NCBI GenBank assembly: GCA_000388065.2
Contig: KB932203.1
Direction: 5' to 3' (one strand)
DNA from: Fonticula alba ATCC 38817
Lineage: Eukaryota; Protista; Nucleariida
Length of the DNA stretch: 12,038 bases
In this document: piece after piece, positions 10,249 through 12,038 of the stretch
Layout of the letters: every line of letters begins with the position of its first letter
Position numbering within the stretch: position 1 is the stretch's first letter
Position numbers and translations under genes: made by a program
Notes under the pieces: generated by a model
Told to the model about the DNA's origin: nothing
Database searches by the model: none
Seen by the model: only the letters and a program-made list of their open reading frames with translations

Positions 10249-11191
10249 CGCTCGCCCCCCTCCCCTCCCCCGGCTCCGGGGACCACACGACATATGCCCG
10301 CCTACCCAGCTCTGACACCGGTGTCTCGCGCAGACTTCCACCTTTTCTCCGCCGACAACAACCGCGAGTATTTCTCCGTCAACACAGCCGCCCGCGTTGA
10401 AGCCCTCGGTGCGTCTCTCCCGGCGACGCTGTGCCCCCGACCTCCGTGCGCACTCACACTGACCAACACCGCCCCGCCCCCTCGTCATCCTCCCCCCGCT
10501 GCTCGACGCAGGGTTCTCCTACCCGTACATCTTTGCCATCACATCCTCGACCATTGAGGTGTTCTCGTCGCTGCTGCAGCAACAAATCACCACGGTTCCC
10601 TTCCCGGCGGCGGTGCTGAACTCCATCCCCGGGCGCTTCCTGGCCGGCGATCAGAACATCCTCCTCACCACGGAGACCCGCAGCGGCCCGCTCTTTGTCA
10701 CGGTGAACGACGCCTTCCGCATCCACTGCGCCGACCTCCAGTCGCAGGTTCTCCGGTCGCTGAAGATGGACCACATCCCCCATGCGATCTCCCTGCTGAA
10801 CAGCGTCGAGTGGGATGACAAGAGCAAGCAAGTGCGCCACTGCCCCCGGGGGCCTCGCGACAACGGTGGCCATCGCCACACAGGCACTGACATCCTGATT
10901 GCTCCCCCTCCCCTGGGACCCTTGCCGGATCTCCCTCCGGGCGCATGGGTTCGTCGCATGGCCAGATCGCGCTGCTCCAGCGCGCCGAACTCGTCGGGGC
11001 CGCGTCCCACATGAGCGCCGGCAAGTATCAGGACGGCTTGAACATCTACTTCCGCCTGGGATCCAACCCGAAGGACGTCCTGTTCGCCTATGCCGGAGAC
11101 TGCCTGCCGAAGGACATCTCGGCCCTTGGTGGGGATCTTGTCTCGATCGGCCTTTCCCAGCAGACCTTCATCCGGCAGTCGAGCCAGGCCG
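9974..11191 (+). CDS. VPS39: VPS39/VAM6 (or TGFBRAP1/VPS3)-like protein, middle exons covering the second half of the CNH domain and the following helical region: 9974-10202, 10334-10408, 10512-10831, 10966-11191
   Basis: SFSVDVPLLSVGIIGPNIVMASAKDIHLHRL; ALGFSYPYIFAITSSTIEVFSSLLQQQITTVPF; LQSQVLRSLKMDHIPHAISLLNSVEWDDKSKQIALLQRAELVGAASHMSAGKYQDGLNIYFRLGSNPKDVLFAY. These align by eye with recalled VPS39 segments (FSVPDVPKSMAW..., PYIIAVLPRYVEIRT..., TQIQQLLQDKQFELALQL...FAKLGTDPTHVMGLY). Introns 10203-10333, 10409-10511 and 10832-10965 are phase-consistent with CTGAC branch motifs. Confidence 0.8.
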
Positions 11192-11366
11192 GTACGTGAG
11201 ACACCTTCCTAGCCGTGGCCTCTACACTGGGCACCCGACGAGCCCTTGCCCATGCCCACCCCCGGGCACGCTGGGCTCGCTGCAGGCCACCCGGCCAGCA
11301 TGCATTCCGGTGGTGGCCTCGGTCTTGGGGCACATGAGACCCTGCGCTAACCTTCTCTCTCCCTTC

Positions 11367-11459
11367 CTCTACCTCCCTCCCTCACCCTCTACCTCCCTCC
11401 CTCACCCTCTACCTCCCCTCTACCTCCCTCCCTCACCCTCTACCTCCCCTCTACCTCCC
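11367..11459 (+). repeat. Pyrimidine-rich minisatellite with 20-nt units (ctctacctccctccctcacc) and 11-nt units (ctctacctccc) in the order 20,20,11,20,11,11
   Basis: Units start at 11367, 11387, 11407, 11418, 11438 and 11449. The array follows a CTAAC branch motif at 11347-11351 and precedes the 10-N gap. Confidence 0.92.
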
Positions 11460-11592
11460 CTCTCTCTCCCCTCNNNNNNNNNNGCCCCCCTTTCTCGACG
11501 CGCCCACCCTCGACCTCGGGGTCTCCCTTCCCCTCGCCCACCCCAGCCCGCTGTGCCAGGCCGGCAGAGGGCCGCCATCCTCGCACGCAACC

Positions 11593-11731
11593 ATGAGTGA
11601 CGACCTCTTCACCTTCGACCTCTTCTACTCGATCTCCAAGATCAACAAGAAGCTCACCACCATCGATGCCATCGGTGCGCCGGGACGCCGCCTGCGCTTT
11701 TGCGTCCCCCCCCCCCCCCCCCCCCCCCCCG

Positions 11732-11775
<44 letters not shown>

Positions 11776-11975
11776 CCCCCCCCCCCCCCCCGGCCCAGAC
11801 AATGCCTCGATCCTTGGCTGCCAAGACGGCACCATCCTGATCATCAAGAGCCCGGGACAGGGCCACTCCACAAACACGTCGTCCAACTCCAACCTGTCGC
11901 GCTTCAACACCTTCAAGAAGCCCATCGACCAGCTCTATGTGATCGAGTCCCACCGGTGGCTGTTGGTCCTGTGTG
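11593..11975 (+). CDS. VPS39: VPS39-like N-terminal exons (start of the CNH domain): 11593-11674, 11799-11975; continues beyond the window
   Basis: MSDDLFTFDLFYSISKINKKLTTIDAIDNASILGCQDGTILIIK...FNTFKKPIDQLYVIESHRWLLVLC matches the recalled CNH start (LLVGTKQGHLLLY...NFSKKIQQIHVV...ILVSLL). Intron 11675-11798 is GTGCGC..CAG, phase 1. The next donor is GTGCGC at 11976, with a GCTGAC branch motif near the window end. Confidence 0.78.
11706..11791 (+). repeat. Near-pure poly-C tract (~83 of 86 nt) filling most of VPS39 intron 1
   Basis: C25-GA-C42-G-C16, read directly. Confidence 0.9.
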
Positions 11976-12038
11976 GTGCGCGCCCCTCCCGGGATGGCTG
12001 TGTGCCGCTCCCCCTCGCCAGTGCGCTCGCTGACCTCC

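Noticed and set aside
8525-10315. 596-aa ORF and companion ORFs spanning 8962-9838
   Set aside because: These are N-gap artefacts; only 9974-10202 is a supportable exon.
11367-11459. Possible CRISPR-like or mobile-element repeat array
   Set aside because: The units are directly adjacent with no spacers, in a eukaryotic intron, and no transposase or terminal inverted repeat is visible.
11192-11600. Splicing the VPS39 exon ending at 11191 into the 11593 frame to make a fused, permuted protein
   Set aside because: The three first CAG acceptors (ending 11546, 11559, 11567) lead to stops at 11594-11600. Only an atypical GAG ending at 11569 is in frame, and a gap intervenes.
1-12038. Assigning a specific organism or a non-standard genetic code
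   Set aside because: All exons translate with the standard code, and the sequence alone does not identify the species.

Overview
GC-rich, intron-dense eukaryotic draft-assembly DNA from an unidentified microbial eukaryote. It has four N gaps (2229-3064, 6789-6798, 8962-9838, 11474-11483), many microsatellites and long C/G homopolymers. Three conserved genes can be spliced by hand with GT-AG introns: SDE2 (+, 4 exons, 319 aa, GG-KGGFG ubiquitin-fold cleavage motif), the spliceosomal HAT-repeat protein PRP6 (-, 14 collinear exons, about 797 aa, then a gap), and a CNH-domain VPS39/VAM6-like gene (+). The main anomaly is exon order. The C-terminal PRP6 coding segment, with its stop codon, lies inside intron 4 of the same gene. 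The N-terminal VPS39 exons lie downstream of its middle exons. The first 34 bp of the window recur exactly after SDE2. Each displaced piece abuts a 10-N gap and would roughly fit an ~850-N gap to its left, so scaffold mis-ordering is the more parsimonious explanation. True gene scrambling or trans-splicing cannot be excluded without reads. The introns also show an unusual signature: 22 of 23 donors are GTRCGY, none has +4 A, and several introns carry C-dominated sense-strand tracts. No prokaryotic, mobile-element, CRISPR or RNA-gene features are supported.
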